Below, one piece after another: positions 52,053 to 64,000 of a stretch of 64,000 nucleotides of DNA. This DNA is from Euglena gracilis (lineage: Eukaryota): positions 1,674,001-1,738,000 of the forward strand of contig CP154954.1 in the NCBI GenBank assembly GCA_039621445.1. The letters run 5' to 3'. Made by a program: the position numbers and the translations under genes. The notes beneath the pieces were generated by a model. The model was not told where the DNA came from. It ran no database searches and saw nothing but the letters and a program-made list of their open reading frames with translations. Each line of letters begins with the position of its first letter. Within the stretch, counting starts at the first letter, position 1.

Positions 52053-55000
52053 TTAATTTTTAAAACCAGTACCTGCGGGAATAATATTTCCTAAAACTAA
52101 ATTTTCTTTTAACCCAGATAACCAATCAGCTCTTCCTTGTAAAGCAGCTTTTGTTAAAACTCTAGTAGTTTCTTGAAAACTCGCTTGAGCTATAAAACTT
52201 TGACTAGATAGAGAAAAACGAGTCAATCCCATAATTATAGGCTCATAAACAATACTATTTACTAGTCTTTTATTTAATACCTCTACTAAATTAAGATCTA
52301 AAAAATCCCCTACCATAAAGCTAGAATCACCTGGATTAGTAACAATCACTTTTGACGTTATTTGTTTAACAATAAGTTCAATATGTTTATCCGCTATTTT
52401 GACACCCTGAGATTTATAAACAGTCTGAACACCATCTATTAAATATTTTTGTATTACCTCAAAACTTTTTCGCGCAGCTACAAGATTCTCATAATCATCT
52501 AAAAAAGTAAAAAAAGACTCCGTCAATATATCATGAGGGTTATTTATTATTTCTTTTAACGAAGAAGTCATTCGAGCTTCTAACAATTTTTCTACTTTAG
52601 GCAATCCTTGAACTATATCATAAGTTTTTTCTCGGACAAAATTAACGCGATATAATAATTGGTTCTTTCTTATAAAAGGTTTATCTTCTATTCTCATCAA
52701 TGTATCATCATTAGTCGAAAAAGGCATTACTTTTCGAAAAATCGAAAACTCTTTTCTTTCTTGTATTATTTGAGAAGAATGAAGAAGCTTAAAATTACTA
52801 ATTATTTGACCCGTTTTAAGAAAACATCCAATTTTAAAATTACCAAAAATACGCTTTTGTTTTTTAAGATTTCGAAGCATTATAACCTTATCTTGATCAA
52901 GTATACATGTAATAATATGTGAACTTCTTTTTTTTTTTTTTTTTTATTTATCAACTAAACTATTAACGTTCCTAATGTTAATAAATAATTTACCAAATTT
53001 ACGAGGAAAAAGTTCTTTCTTCCTGTTAACAAATAATTCTTTTTTATGAACATTTGTAGTAGGACAAATTAATTTATTTTTAAAAGAAAATTTCTTTGTC
53101 AAATGAAAAAATAAAGAAGTAAAACTCATAATAATAGAACTTATTATCCAAAATATTTTTCCAAATTGCTTCGAATTAATTTGAGGGAAAAAGATTTGAC
53201 CAGAAATTTTTGCCTTAACATCTCGAATTTCCTCAATACCAAAAACGTCATTTTTCAAGTTAGAATTTACAGATTCTCCTATTATTTGCTTATCAAATAT
53301 TTTTCTTCCTGGCTTAACATATAAAAGCGTACTAGAAGGTAAAAACATAATAGATTTACTAACGTCATTTTCGTAAATCACAATTTTTTTTTCTTGCAAA
53401 GTTAAAAAAGCTTTTTCCTTAAATTTATTATAAACTCTTCTTAACCCTGTAGTTAAAGTTGACCTATAAAAATCACTTTTACGAAGTCATACTTGATATA
53501 TTATATCATACGACTACTCAATTATAATTGTGATTAATTTAATGGCTAATACTTCATATTTATTTTATAATTGCGATCTATAAATTTAAATACTAATAAT
53601 AAACATCCCCTAACCCCAAACTAATTTTAATCGTTCCTTCTATTTTAAAACATCGTTTTTTAGAACATGTTTTATCAAATAAAGTTTAAAATTATAAATT
53701 TTATTAGAAAAACCATTTATTCTCACTCTATTTACTAAAAAAATACGTAACAAAATATAAACAACATTTTGTTTATCTATTCTGCAAAATTGATTTCAAT
53801 TATAAAAAAATAAACTTACAATATAAATCAATTTAAAAAACTTTAAGTTACTATCTATAACAAGTAATAAATATAAAAATTGTAATACAATAACAAAGAC
53901 AATTAGTCTAAAATAGAAAGTTTAATTCTGCCATTAAATATTGTAAAATTAAAAACGATACACACTTCAAATCGTACCATATTTTTCCATTTAAAGGAGA
54001 TGTTATAACTTCTTTTGCCTTTGCAGAAAAAACACCACCCGTATGAAAAGTTCGCATTGTTAATTGCGTACCAGGCTCACCTATTGATTGAGCAGCTAAA
54101 ATTCCTACACATTCACCAAGTTCTACCATTTTGCCACAGGCTAAATTCCAACCATAGCATATTTGGCATATGCCTTCCATTAATACACAATTAAAAGGTG
54201 TACGAATATAAACCTCGGGAAAATTAATAATTTTTTTAAACGTATAGACTGAAAGTTAATATTTAATAAAAATATTTCTCATTCGAAACCGAGCATGAAA
54301 ATTCTTTTTCACTCGGCTACCTAAAAATCATAAACTTTTTATGATATTTAAGAAATATATCAGCATATGCCGGTGATTACACCTACTACTTTTCATAGAG
54401 TATTTTAAACGTTTTTATAACATCGTTCAGACCTTTTGCTTCATATTCCATCCTTATAAATAAAAATTCAATTCGTTTATACCATAACTACTATACATAA
54501 AAGGTATGTTTTAAAATGGCTCCTAATATAACTCCCCCTTAATTTTCAATAACAAAGTGTAATAAAATATTATAAAAAAAGTTGAAGCTTTTTAGTTTCT
54601 TAATTTTCTGTAAACCATATAAAATTACTATTTCAAATACTTTTAATACTTTGAAATTTTAATCCTGTTTTTTTATTCTAATAAAAAGGAAATTATGTTT
54701 AATAACAATGATCTGTATATTATTAGAATTTCGCTAATTTTAAAGTATAATAATCTTAGATAAAAATTAATATAAAAGAATTTGCCACATTCCTTAAATT
54801 TTAAAATTTTTGTAGCTCGAACCACACATTACAAATATCTTGACCAGCACTAACTAAAATATCACCTGTTTTGGCATTAACAATAGTTTTTGCTAATACT
54901 CTACCAATTAATTTTTCCTTCAAAAACTTTAGTTCTTCTTTATCTTGGTTTTGTAGTAATACGCACGTATTATATTTTGTAAAACAATCCGACCTTTTTA

Positions 55001-55639
55001 CAATTAAGTTTTGTGCTGTATAAATCATTCGTCTAGTTAAATACCCAGCATTAGCTGTTTTTAAAGCAGTATCAATTAAGCCTTTTCTAGCACCGTAACA
55101 AGAAACAAAATATTCAGTAATATTTAAACCTTCTTTAAAATTAGTTTTTATTGGAAAAGGAATTACATTACCCTGAGAATCGGACATTAGTCCTCGCATA
55201 CCTATCAATTGTTTCACCTGTGTAATACTACCCCTTGCACCTGACAAAGTCATAGAATACAAAGGATTCAAAAAGTCGGATTGTCTCAAATTATTAATAG
55301 ATTCTTTCTTCAAATTTTCATTAACGACATTCCAAATATCCCTTTCTTCATCCAAAACATTAATGAAATTTATCATACCATTTTTATATCGATTTCTCGT
55401 TTTAAATAAAATTTTTTCAGAACTTTTAACCAAATTTGCTTTTGAAGAAGGAATTTTAAGATCTCCAAGTCCTAATGATAATCCAGTGGTTGTTGCATAG
55501 GTAAAACCAAAATTTTTCATTTTATCCAATAACTCTTTGTTCGGATACTACCATAATTTGACAAAAACCAGCTAATTAAATTTCTAATTTCATTTTTATC
55601 AAAAACTCTATTAAAACATACTATATTTCCGAAATTCAT
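52053..55639 (-). CDS. rpoC2: RNA polymerase beta'' copy 2 (inverted; homopolymer errors at ~55536 and ~52930)
   Basis: Reverse complement of 56961-60547. Confidence 0.85.
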
Positions 55640-56960
55640 AATTAAAATAATAATTTAACAAACTTATTGAAATAAATCAATAAAATAATAAACTTTAAAA
55701 CTACTTAGCTCATACAAAAATTAAAGTATTTATAGAAATTCTTTAATCATATCATCAAAAAAAATTCTCCCTATAGTGGTGCGAATATTATTGTTTTTAA
55801 AATAAACCATATTTTTGAAATAAAAGAAAATTTTCAAAATCTACAACTCTAAAATCAATTATAAAATTTATTAAAAAAAAAAAATACTAAAATTTTAACT
55901 TAAAAAGTAATGTAAAAAATTTATTTAATAAACTACAAAAAAGTAAAAATTTTCCAATATTTTAATTACAATATTTCAAACAAAAAAAACTAACTTTTTT
56001 ACCATCCTTTTTTTTTTAATTCTTATTTTACTATTCTTTAAAATATTAGGAAATTTTTGACAAATTAACCAAACAAATGTTTGAATCAATATTTCACCTT
56101 TAAGATATAAATTCATAAAAAAAAAATAATATTATTTAAATAATAAAATAAATATTATTACTAGTATTTTATAGAAAAAAACCTAACAAGTTAGTTAAAT
56201 AAATCAAGTATGTTAATGAGGCTGAAACTTGACAACAACCCCGCCACGAAACATGGTCTGACTAGGCAAAATACTCGGTAAAACCATTAGCAGGTGTGGT
56301 AAAAAAACGCAATTATAATAGAAATTAAACATCTTCGCGCTCCAGGCAAGCGATTTAATGACAACTGGGTATTTGAGGGATCCCATATTCTGGTTCCATC
56401 AAAATCAAGATTCTTTGTAAAAGGGAAACACGAGGAGGTGAAGGCATGTAAATAAAATAGCTTATGGCTCAAACGGAAGGGGGGGTAGGTTGAAACAGAT
56501 GCTTATTCCTAACTATGAGGTGGGGCCGAATATTAAAAGGGTTAATTTGTCCAAAACCTACTTTAAGGGGCGCATAAGAATTAAAGGTCCCCGTACTAAA
56601 AACTTTTTTTTTGGGGGGGTTGCCCTCTCTGTCCTTTCACCCTCTGGAAAATTATTTCCTTTTTTGTATTTCAGTTAAATAAGATTTTTTACCTTACTTT
56701 TTAAGTTAAATTTAGTCTTTTTTTTTTACATACTTGTATAATTGCTTTTCGCGTTAGATTTGTGGAAATTTTCTTTATTTTCAAAATATGGTTTGTTAAA
56801 ACAATAATCTTCGCACCACTATGAGACGAATTTTTGCCTTTTGATGATATGATTAAAGAATTTCTATAAATACTTTACTTTTTTGTATGAGCTAAGTAGT
56901 TTTAAAGTTTATTATTTTATTGATTTATTTCAATAAGTTTGTTAAATTATTATTTTAATT

Positions 56961-59900
56961 ATGAATTTCGGAAATATAGTATGTTTTAATAGATTTTTTG
57001 ATAAAAATGAAATTAGAAATTTAATTAGCTGGTTTTTGTCAAATTATGGTAGTATCCGAACAAAAGAGTTATTGGATAAAATGAAAAATTTTGGTTTTAC
57101 CTATGCAACAACCACTGGATTATCATTAGGACTTGGAGATCTTAAAATTCCTTCTTCAAAAGCAAATTTGGTTAAAAGTTCTGAAAAAATTTTATTTAAA
57201 ACGAGAAATCGATATAAAAATGGTATGATAAATTTCATTAATGTTTTGGATGAAGAAAGGGATATTTGGAATGTCGTTAATGAAAATTTGAAGAAAAAAT
57301 CTATTAATAATTTGAGACAATCCGACTTTTTGAATCCTTTGTATTCTATGACTTTGTCAGGTGCAAGGGGTAGTATTACACAGGTGAAACAATTGATAGG
57401 TATGCGAGGACTAATGTCCGATTCTCAGGGTAATGTAATTCCTTTTCCAATAAAAACTAATTTTAAAGAAGGTTTAAATATTACTGAATATTTTGTTTCT
57501 TGTTACGGTGCTAGAAAAGGCTTAATTGATACTGCTTTAAAAACAGCTAATGCTGGGTATTTAACTAGACGAATGATTTATACAGCACAAAACTTAATTG
57601 TAAAAAGGTCGGATTGTTTTACAAAATATAATACGTGCGTATTACTACAAAACCAAGATAAAGAAGAACTAAAGTTTTTGAAGGAAAAATTAATTGGTAG
57701 AGTATTAGCAAAAACTATTGTTAATGCCAAAACAGGTGATATTTTAGTTAGTGCTGGTCAAGATATTTGTAATGTGTGGTTCGAGCTACAAAAATTTTAA
57801 AATTTAAGGAATGTGGCAAATTCTTTTATATTAATTTTTATCTAAGATTATTATACTTTAAAATTAGCGAAATTCTAATAATATACAGATCATTGTTATT
57901 AAACATAATTTCCTTTTTATTAGAATAAAAAAACAGGATTAAAATTTCAAAGTATTAAAAGTATTTGAAATAGTAATTTTATATGGTTTACAGAAAATTA
58001 AGAAACTAAAAAGCTTCAACTTTTTTTATAATATTTTATTACACTTTGTTATTGAAAATTAAGGGGGAGTTATATTAGGAGCCATTTTAAAACATACCTT
58101 TTATGTATAGTAGTTATGGTATAAACGAATTGAATTTTTATTTATAAGGATGGAATATGAAGCAAAAGGTCTGAACGATGTTATAAAAACGTTTAAAATA
58201 CTCTATGAAAAGTAGTAGGTGTAATCACCGGCATATGCTGATATATTTCTTAAATATCATAAAAAGTTTATGATTTTTAGGTAGCCGAGTGAAAAAGAAT
58301 TTTCATGCTCGGTTTCGAATGAGAAATATTTTTATTAAATATTAACTTTCAGTCTATACGTTTAAAAAAATTATTAATTTTCCCGAGGTTTATATTCGTA
58401 CACCTTTTAATTGTGTATTAATGGAAGGCATATGCCAAATATGCTATGGTTGGAATTTAGCCTGTGGCAAAATGGTAGAACTTGGTGAATGTGTAGGAAT
58501 TTTAGCTGCTCAATCAATAGGTGAGCCTGGTACGCAATTAACAATGCGAACTTTTCATACGGGTGGTGTTTTTTCTGCAAAGGCAAAAGAAGTTATAACA
58601 TCTCCTTTAAATGGAAAAATATGGTACGATTTGAAGTGTGTATCGTTTTTAATTTTACAATATTTAATGGCAGAATTAAACTTTCTATTTTAGACTAATT
58701 GTCTTTGTTATTGTATTACAATTTTTATATTTATTACTTGTTATAGATAGTAACTTAAAGTTTTTTAAATTGATTTATATTGTAAGTTTATTTTTTTATA
58801 ATTGAAATCAATTTTGCAGAATAGATAAACAAAATGTTGTTTATATTTGTTACGTATTTTTTTAGTAAATAGAGTGAGAATAAATGGTTTTTCTAATAAA
58901 ATTTATAATTTTAAACTTTATTTGATAAAACATGTTCTAAAAAACGATGTTTTAAAATAGAAGGAACGATTAAAATTAGTTTGGGGTTAGGGGATGTTTA
59001 TTATTAGTATTTAAATTTATAGATCGCAATTATAAAATAAATATGAAGTATTAGCCATTAAATTAATCACAATTATAATTGAGTAGTCGTATGATATAAT
59101 ATATCAAGTATGACTTCGTAAAAGTGATTTTTATAGGTCAACTTTAACTACAGGGTTAAGAAGAGTTTATAATAAATTTAAGGAAAAAGCTTTTTTAACT
59201 TTGCAAGAAAAAAAAATTGTGATTTACGAAAATGACGTTAGTAAATCTATTATGTTTTTACCTTCTAGTACGCTTTTATATGTTAAGCCAGGAAGAAAAA
59301 TATTTGATAAGCAAATAATAGGAGAATCTGTAAATTCTAACTTGAAAAATGACGTTTTTGGTATTGAGGAAATTCGAGATGTTAAGGCAAAAATTTCTGG
59401 TCAAATCTTTTTCCCTCAAATTAATTCGAAGCAATTTGGAAAAATATTTTGGATAATAAGTTCTATTATTATGAGTTTTACTTCTTTATTTTTTCATTTG
59501 ACAAAGAAATTTTCTTTTAAAAATAAATTAATTTGTCCTACTACAAATGTTCATAAAAAAGAATTATTTGTTAACAGGAAGAAAGAACTTTTTCCTCGTA
59601 AATTTGGTAAATTATTTATTAACATTAGGAACGTTAATAGTTTAGTTGATAAATCGAAAGTTTTAAAAAAAAGAAGTTCACATATTATTACATGTATACT
59701 TGATCAAGATAAGGTTATAATGCTTCGAAATCTTAAAAAACAAAAGCGTATTTTTGGTAATTTTAAAATTGGATGTTTTCTTAAAACGGGTCAAATAATT
59801 AGTAATTTTAAGCTTCTTCATTCTTCTCAAATAATACAAGAAAGAAAAGAGTTTTCGATTTTTCGAAAAGTAATGCCTTTTTCGACTAATGATGATACAT

Positions 59901-60547
59901 TGATGAGAATAGAAGATAAACCTTTTATAAGAAAGAACCAATTATTATATCGCGTTAATTTTGTCCGAGAAAAAACTTATGATATAGTTCAAGGATTGCC
60001 TAAAGTAGAAAAATTGTTAGAAGCTCGAATGACTTCTTCGTTAAAAGAAATAATAAATAACCCTCATGATATATTGACGGAGTCTTTTTTTACTTTTTTA
60101 GATGATTATGAGAATCTTGTAGCTGCGCGAAAAAGTTTTGAGGTAATACAAAAATATTTAATAGATGGTGTTCAGACTGTTTATAAATCTCAGGGTGTCA
60201 AAATAGCGGATAAACATATTGAACTTATTGTTAAACAAATAACGTCAAAAGTGATTGTTACTAATCCAGGTGATTCTAGCTTTATGGTAGGGGATTTTTT
60301 AGATCTTAATTTAGTAGAGGTATTAAATAAAAGACTAGTAAATAGTATTGTTTATGAGCCTATAATTATGGGATTGACTCGTTTTTCTCTATCTAGTCAA
60401 AGTTTTATAGCTCAAGCGAGTTTTCAAGAAACTACTAGAGTTTTAACAAAAGCTGCTTTACAAGGAAGAGCTGATTGGTTATCTGGGTTAAAAGAAAATT
60501 TAGTTTTAGGAAATATTATTCCCGCAGGTACTGGTTTTAAAAATTAA
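56961..60547 (+). CDS. rpoC2: RNA polymerase beta'' copy 3 (cleanest); exons ~56961-57773, 58355-58635, 59149-60547
   Basis: Continuous frames; group II introns start GTGTGG (57774) and GTGTGT (58636) with domain V motifs; ends [17 protein letters not shown]. Confidence 0.96.
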
Positions 60548-60577
60548 TTAGCAAAATTTACTATAATTTGAGTAACT

Positions 60578-60650
60578 GGGGGTATAGCTCAGTTGGTAGA
60601 GCGTCTGCCTTACAAGCAGAATGTCAGCGGTTCGAATCCGTTTGCCCTCA
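60578..60650 (+). tRNA. trnV: tRNA-Val(UAC)
   Basis: Cloverleaf, TAC. Confidence 0.95.
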
Positions 60651-60666
60651 AAGGTTATTTACTTTA

Positions 60667-60738
60667 TCCTTAATAGCTCAGTGGTAGAGCAATCGGCTGT
60701 TAACCGATCGGTCGTAGGTTCGAATCCTACTTAAGGAG
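60667..60738 (+). tRNA. trnN: tRNA-Asn(GUU)
   Basis: Cloverleaf, GTT. Confidence 0.95.
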
Positions 60739-60741
60739 TAA

Positions 60742-60815
60742 GGGCTTGTAGCTCAGTGGACTAGAGCACGTGGCTACGAACTACGGAGTCAGGGGTTCGA
60801 ATCCCTTCTTGCCCG
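60742..60815 (+). tRNA. trnR: tRNA-Arg(ACG)
   Basis: Cloverleaf, ACG. Confidence 0.93.
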
Positions 60816-60860
60816 ATTGATTAGTAATTTCGTTATTTTTTATGATCATTTAATTTTTAA

Positions 60861-60944
60861 TACAGGCAGAGAGACTCGAACTCTCACATCATAAAGACAC
60901 AGGAACCTAAATCCTGCGCGTCTACCAAATTCCGCCATGCCTGC
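60861..60944 (-). tRNA. trnL: tRNA-Leu(UAG)
   Basis: Cloverleaf on - strand, TAG. Confidence 0.93.
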
Positions 60945-61015
60945 TTTATCAATATTAATAAATGTTAATATTGTTTTTTATTTATTTTAAAACGTGTTAA
61001 ATAAATTTTGTTATT

Positions 61016-61611
61016 TTATATTCTACGTCTCTTGCTAGGTCGACATCCATTATGTGGTAAGGGAGTGACATCTCTTATGCAACTTATGCGTAGACCTAAA
61101 CTTTGTACGCATTTTAAAGCTGTTTCTCGTCCGGTTCCAGGTCCACTAATGTTTATCTCAACTTTTTGAAGTCCTTGTTCTATAGCTTTCTTAACGGCAA
61201 TTGCAGTAGTTGTCTTTGTAGCTAACGGTGTAGCCTTTTTCGAGCTTTTAAAACCGCATGCTCCTGAAGATGACCAAGCGATTACATTTCCTTTTGGATC
61301 ACTTACCGAAACTAAGAATTTAATTAGATGTATTTTCTATTATTTAATATAAAGGAAAATTTTTTTTAGTTTTATTGTGATGATTTTTTGTATAATTTTT
61401 TTAATATTAAATCGCTTCATTATTATAAGTTGTTTTTTAAGATATTGATTTTTAAATGCTTTTTTTTAAAGATAAAAATTATAATAACTTTATATTACAT
61501 TATATACTATTAATTTTTGATTGCATGTAAGTTTAATCCCATAATATGGACAATTCCTTTTGGAAATTTTTTTTTTGTTATTTTGATTATTTTTTTTTTT
61601 TGTTTTATCAT
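61016..61611 (-). CDS. rps11: 30S ribosomal protein S11, two group III introns
   Basis: WSSSGACGFK, GPGTGRE, PLPHNGCRP motifs. Confidence 0.92.
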
Positions 61612-61734
61612 TTTTTTATAAATAAATATTTCTTTTTAAGAACAAAATTTGCAAAAAGCATGATTTCCTTGAGTTTTTAATATTTATTTCATTTTTTATA
61701 TTATTCACAATTTTCCCTATAAATTAATTTATAA

Positions 61735-62352
61735 TTAGACCTTGCGTGAATAGAATTCGATTACTAAAAGTTCATTAACTATTAACGATATCGCTTTTCT
61801 ATTGATTAAACCAATAATTTTTGCTTCTAAGTTTTTTTTGTTAAGAGATAAATGTGGTGGTATTAATAGTAATTCTTTAGATTCTATGTTTTTTTGTATG
61901 ACATTTTCTGATACAGTACTTTTTTTAGGTTTTATAATACTTTTTGGTTGGCAAATAAAACTAGGTATATTGATAACTTTGTCATCTACACAAATGTGAC
62001 CATGATTTATTAGTTGTTTTGCAGCCATTATTGTAGGTGCAAAACCTATTCGATGTACAATATTATCTAATCTCATTTCCAAAAAAGTTAGCAAAAATCT
62101 TCCGGATGATCCTTTTTTTTTCCTAGATTTTTTTACATAATTTAGAAGTTGTCTTTCGGTTATTCCGTAGTTAAATCGCAGTTTTTGTTTTTCTTTTAAT
62201 CTTATGTTATATTTTGATATTTTTTTTTTCCTTTTAAAGGATGTTGCTGGTTGCCCTGGGGATTTTCTTTTCTTTGATGTTTTATTTGTAAGACTTGGAA
62301 GTTTTCCTATTCTACGAACTATTCGCAATCGTGGTCCTCTATATCTTGACAT
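61735..62352 (-). CDS. rps4: 30S ribosomal protein S4
   Basis: 205-aa ORF with S4 motifs. Confidence 0.96.
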   Translation of the reverse strand: MSRYRGPRLRIVRRIGKLPSLTNKTSKKRKSPGQPATSFKRKKKISKYNIRLKEKQKLRFNYGITERQLLNYVKKSRKKKGSSGRFLLTFLEMRLDNIVHRIGFAPTIMAAKQLINHGHICVDDKVINIPSFICQPKSIIKPKKSTVSENVIQKNIESKELLLIPPHLSLNKKNLEAKIIGLINRKAISLIVNELLVIEFYSRKV

Positions 62353-62428
62353 AGTTTTATCTATATTTTTTTTGATCTTAAATAACTTTTTCTATGTTAA
62401 TTGTTTTTGTTGTTTAACATCTAATTGC

Positions 62429-62510
62429 GAGTTGTTGCCCGAGTGGTTAATGGGGGCGGATTGTAAATCCGCTAGTTCATCTTTCGCTGGTTCGAATCCA
62501 GCACGACTCA
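62429..62510 (+). tRNA. trnY: tRNA-Tyr(GUA)
   Basis: Cloverleaf, GTA, long variable arm. Confidence 0.94.
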
Positions 62511-62574
62511 AAATATTTTTATATTTAATCAGACAGTTTTCGAGTTATAATAAATTTTTATTATATTTTTTATA

Positions 62575-62649
62575 GGTGGGTGTGTAGCCAAGTGGTAAGG
62601 CAAAGGACTGTGACTCCTTCATTCGCGGGTTCGATCCCCGTCATTCACC
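62575..62649 (+). tRNA. trnH: tRNA-His(GUG) (extra GT versus the inverted copy, probable error)
   Basis: Cloverleaf, GTG. Confidence 0.9.
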
Positions 62650-62664
62650 ATCTATTAATTTTTA

Positions 62665-62736
62665 GGCTCAGTAGCTCAGAGGTAGAGCAGGGGATTCATA
62701 AGCCCTTGGTCACAGGTTCAAATCTTGTCTGAGCCA
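62665..62736 (+). tRNA. trnM: tRNA-Met(CAU), elongator type
   Basis: Cloverleaf, CAT, paired 1:72. Confidence 0.9.
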
Positions 62737-62740
62737 AACT

Positions 62741-62813
62741 GCGCTTTTAGTTCAATTGGTAGAACGTAGGTCTCCAAAACCTGATGTAGTAGGTTCGAAT
62801 CCTACAGAGCGCG
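62741..62813 (+). tRNA. trnW: tRNA-Trp(CCA)
   Basis: Cloverleaf, CCA. Confidence 0.94.
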
Positions 62814-62840
62814 TTTATTTTTTTTCTTTATCTTAAATTT

Positions 62841-62913
62841 GCCCCCATCGTCTAGAGGCCTAGGACATCTCCCTTTCACGGAGGCAACGGGGATTCGAAT
62901 TCCCCTGGGGGTA
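62841..62913 (+). tRNA. trnE: tRNA-Glu(UUC)
   Basis: Cloverleaf, TTC. Confidence 0.95.
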
Positions 62914-62919
62914 ATTTAT

Positions 62920-62992
62920 GCGGGTATAGCTCAGTTGGTAGAGCGTGGTCCTTCCAAGTCCAATGTCGCGTGTTCGAATCACGTTACCCGCT
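62920..62992 (+). tRNA. trnG: tRNA-Gly(UCC)
   Basis: Cloverleaf, TCC. Confidence 0.95.
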
Positions 62993-63052
62993 TTTAACTT
63001 TTTGTCTTTATAGAAAGTTAATTTTTAATTTTTATGATATTTTTAATATACT

Positions 63053-64000
63053 ATGGGATGTGCGATTCGTAAAATTTGGATCTTATTTTTAAAAAAATTT
63101 TTTGTCCATGTAAATTAAATTTTTACTCTTAATTTTCCGATATTTTAGTAGTTTAGTTTTTATTATCGAAAGAATTTTTTTATCTTTAAATTTTCTTATG
63201 TTTATAAAGAAAAATAATTTGGAACTTTAGTAGGAAATGTTTATACGATCATTTTGTAGTTTTTGTTATTTGTTTCCATGTTTTATTAAAAAATAATTTA
63301 TTTATTCCTCTAATTTATTTTTGTTATTAATAAATGAATGATCATTTCATTAAAAGAATAATAAAGCGGATAAAAAAAACGAAAAATATATATTAAATTT
63401 TATAAGGATGATTTTTTAATCAGAATTATATCTAAGTTATTTTAAGTATTTTTTGCGTTTTCTAATCTTTTAAGATTATATAATTGAGTAGCCGTATGTT
63501 ATTGAATTAACAAGTACGGTTTCGGATAAAAAACTTTTTAATTATTAAAGTTGATTTTACCTGCCTTGGTATCGTGTTGTGATTTTTAGTTTTTTACTTA
63601 TAAATGATATTTATAGTTTTAAAAATTTCCTTATAGTTTATTTTTTGATTTTTTAATAAAATTTTTAAAAATATTTGTTTTACATACTGTTGTTCTTAAT
63701 GATCCAGGTCGTTTGATTTCTGTTCATTTAATGCATACTGCATTAGTTTCAGGATGGGCTGGATCTATGGCCTTATATGAACTTGCTATTTTTGATCCTT
63801 CTGATGTTGCGCTAAATCCTATGTGGCGCCAAGGAATGTTTGTTCTTCCTTTTATGACACGTTTAGGGGTAACAAAATCTTGGGGTGCTTGGAGTGTTAC
63901 AGGGGAATCTTTTTCGGATCCAGGAATTTGGAGTTACGAAGGTGTAGCGGTAGCACATATAATTTTATCGGGTCTTTTATTTTTAGCTGCTATTTGGCAT
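63053..64000 (+). CDS. psbB: Photosystem II CP47, 5' part; micro-exons ~63053-63059 and ~63562-63577, group II intron ~63060-63561, group III intron ~63578-63681
   Basis: [41 protein letters not shown]...[10 protein letters not shown]. Confidence 0.96.

Larger units (their letters stand above)
49575..56460. repeat. Inverted duplicate of the rpoC1 3' end-rpoC2-trnV/N/R/L-rps11-rps4-trnY/H/M/W/E/G block (probable assembly artefact)
   Basis: Reverse complement of ~56700-63025; error-rich junctions. Confidence 0.9.

Noticed and set aside
56287-56678. 61-62 aa ORFs in a GC-richer patch
   Set aside because: Degraded rpoC1 sequence and low-quality junction, not foreign DNA
62204-62575. 123-aa ORF spanning antisense rps4 and trnY (also 50024-50395)
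   Set aside because: Overlaps real genes; spurious

Overview
AT-rich plastid DNA whose gene content, gene order and intron types match the Euglena gracilis chloroplast genome. Left arm: the intron-rich psbD gene (- strand; 11 exons, a domain-V twintron, and a 3.65-kb intron 8 carrying two degenerate RT/maturase ORFs) overlapping the start of psbC, then chlI and trnL(CAA) on +. Centre: a 54-bp VNTR (putative replication origin, where strand bias switches) flanked by an accessory zone of orphan ORFs. Right arm (+): three tandem rRNA operons, rpoB-rpoC1-rpoC2, tRNA clusters, rps11/rps4 and the 5' part of psbB. The segment ~49.3-56.9 kb is an inverted re-copy with garbled junctions, most likely a long-read fold-back assembly artefact, and homopolymer frameshifts occur throughout. 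The main unexpected result is in the accessory zone beside the origin. It appears to hold two distinct relics of rolling-circle (HUH, CRESS-DNA virus/plasmid type) Rep genes: a decayed geminivirus-type Rep cut off by the rRNA leader, and an intact ORF with a circovirus-type Rep-like domain lacking catalytic residues. It also holds an inverted pseudogene paralogue of an orphan ORF on the other side of the VNTR. These homologies were found by eye and need profile searches.
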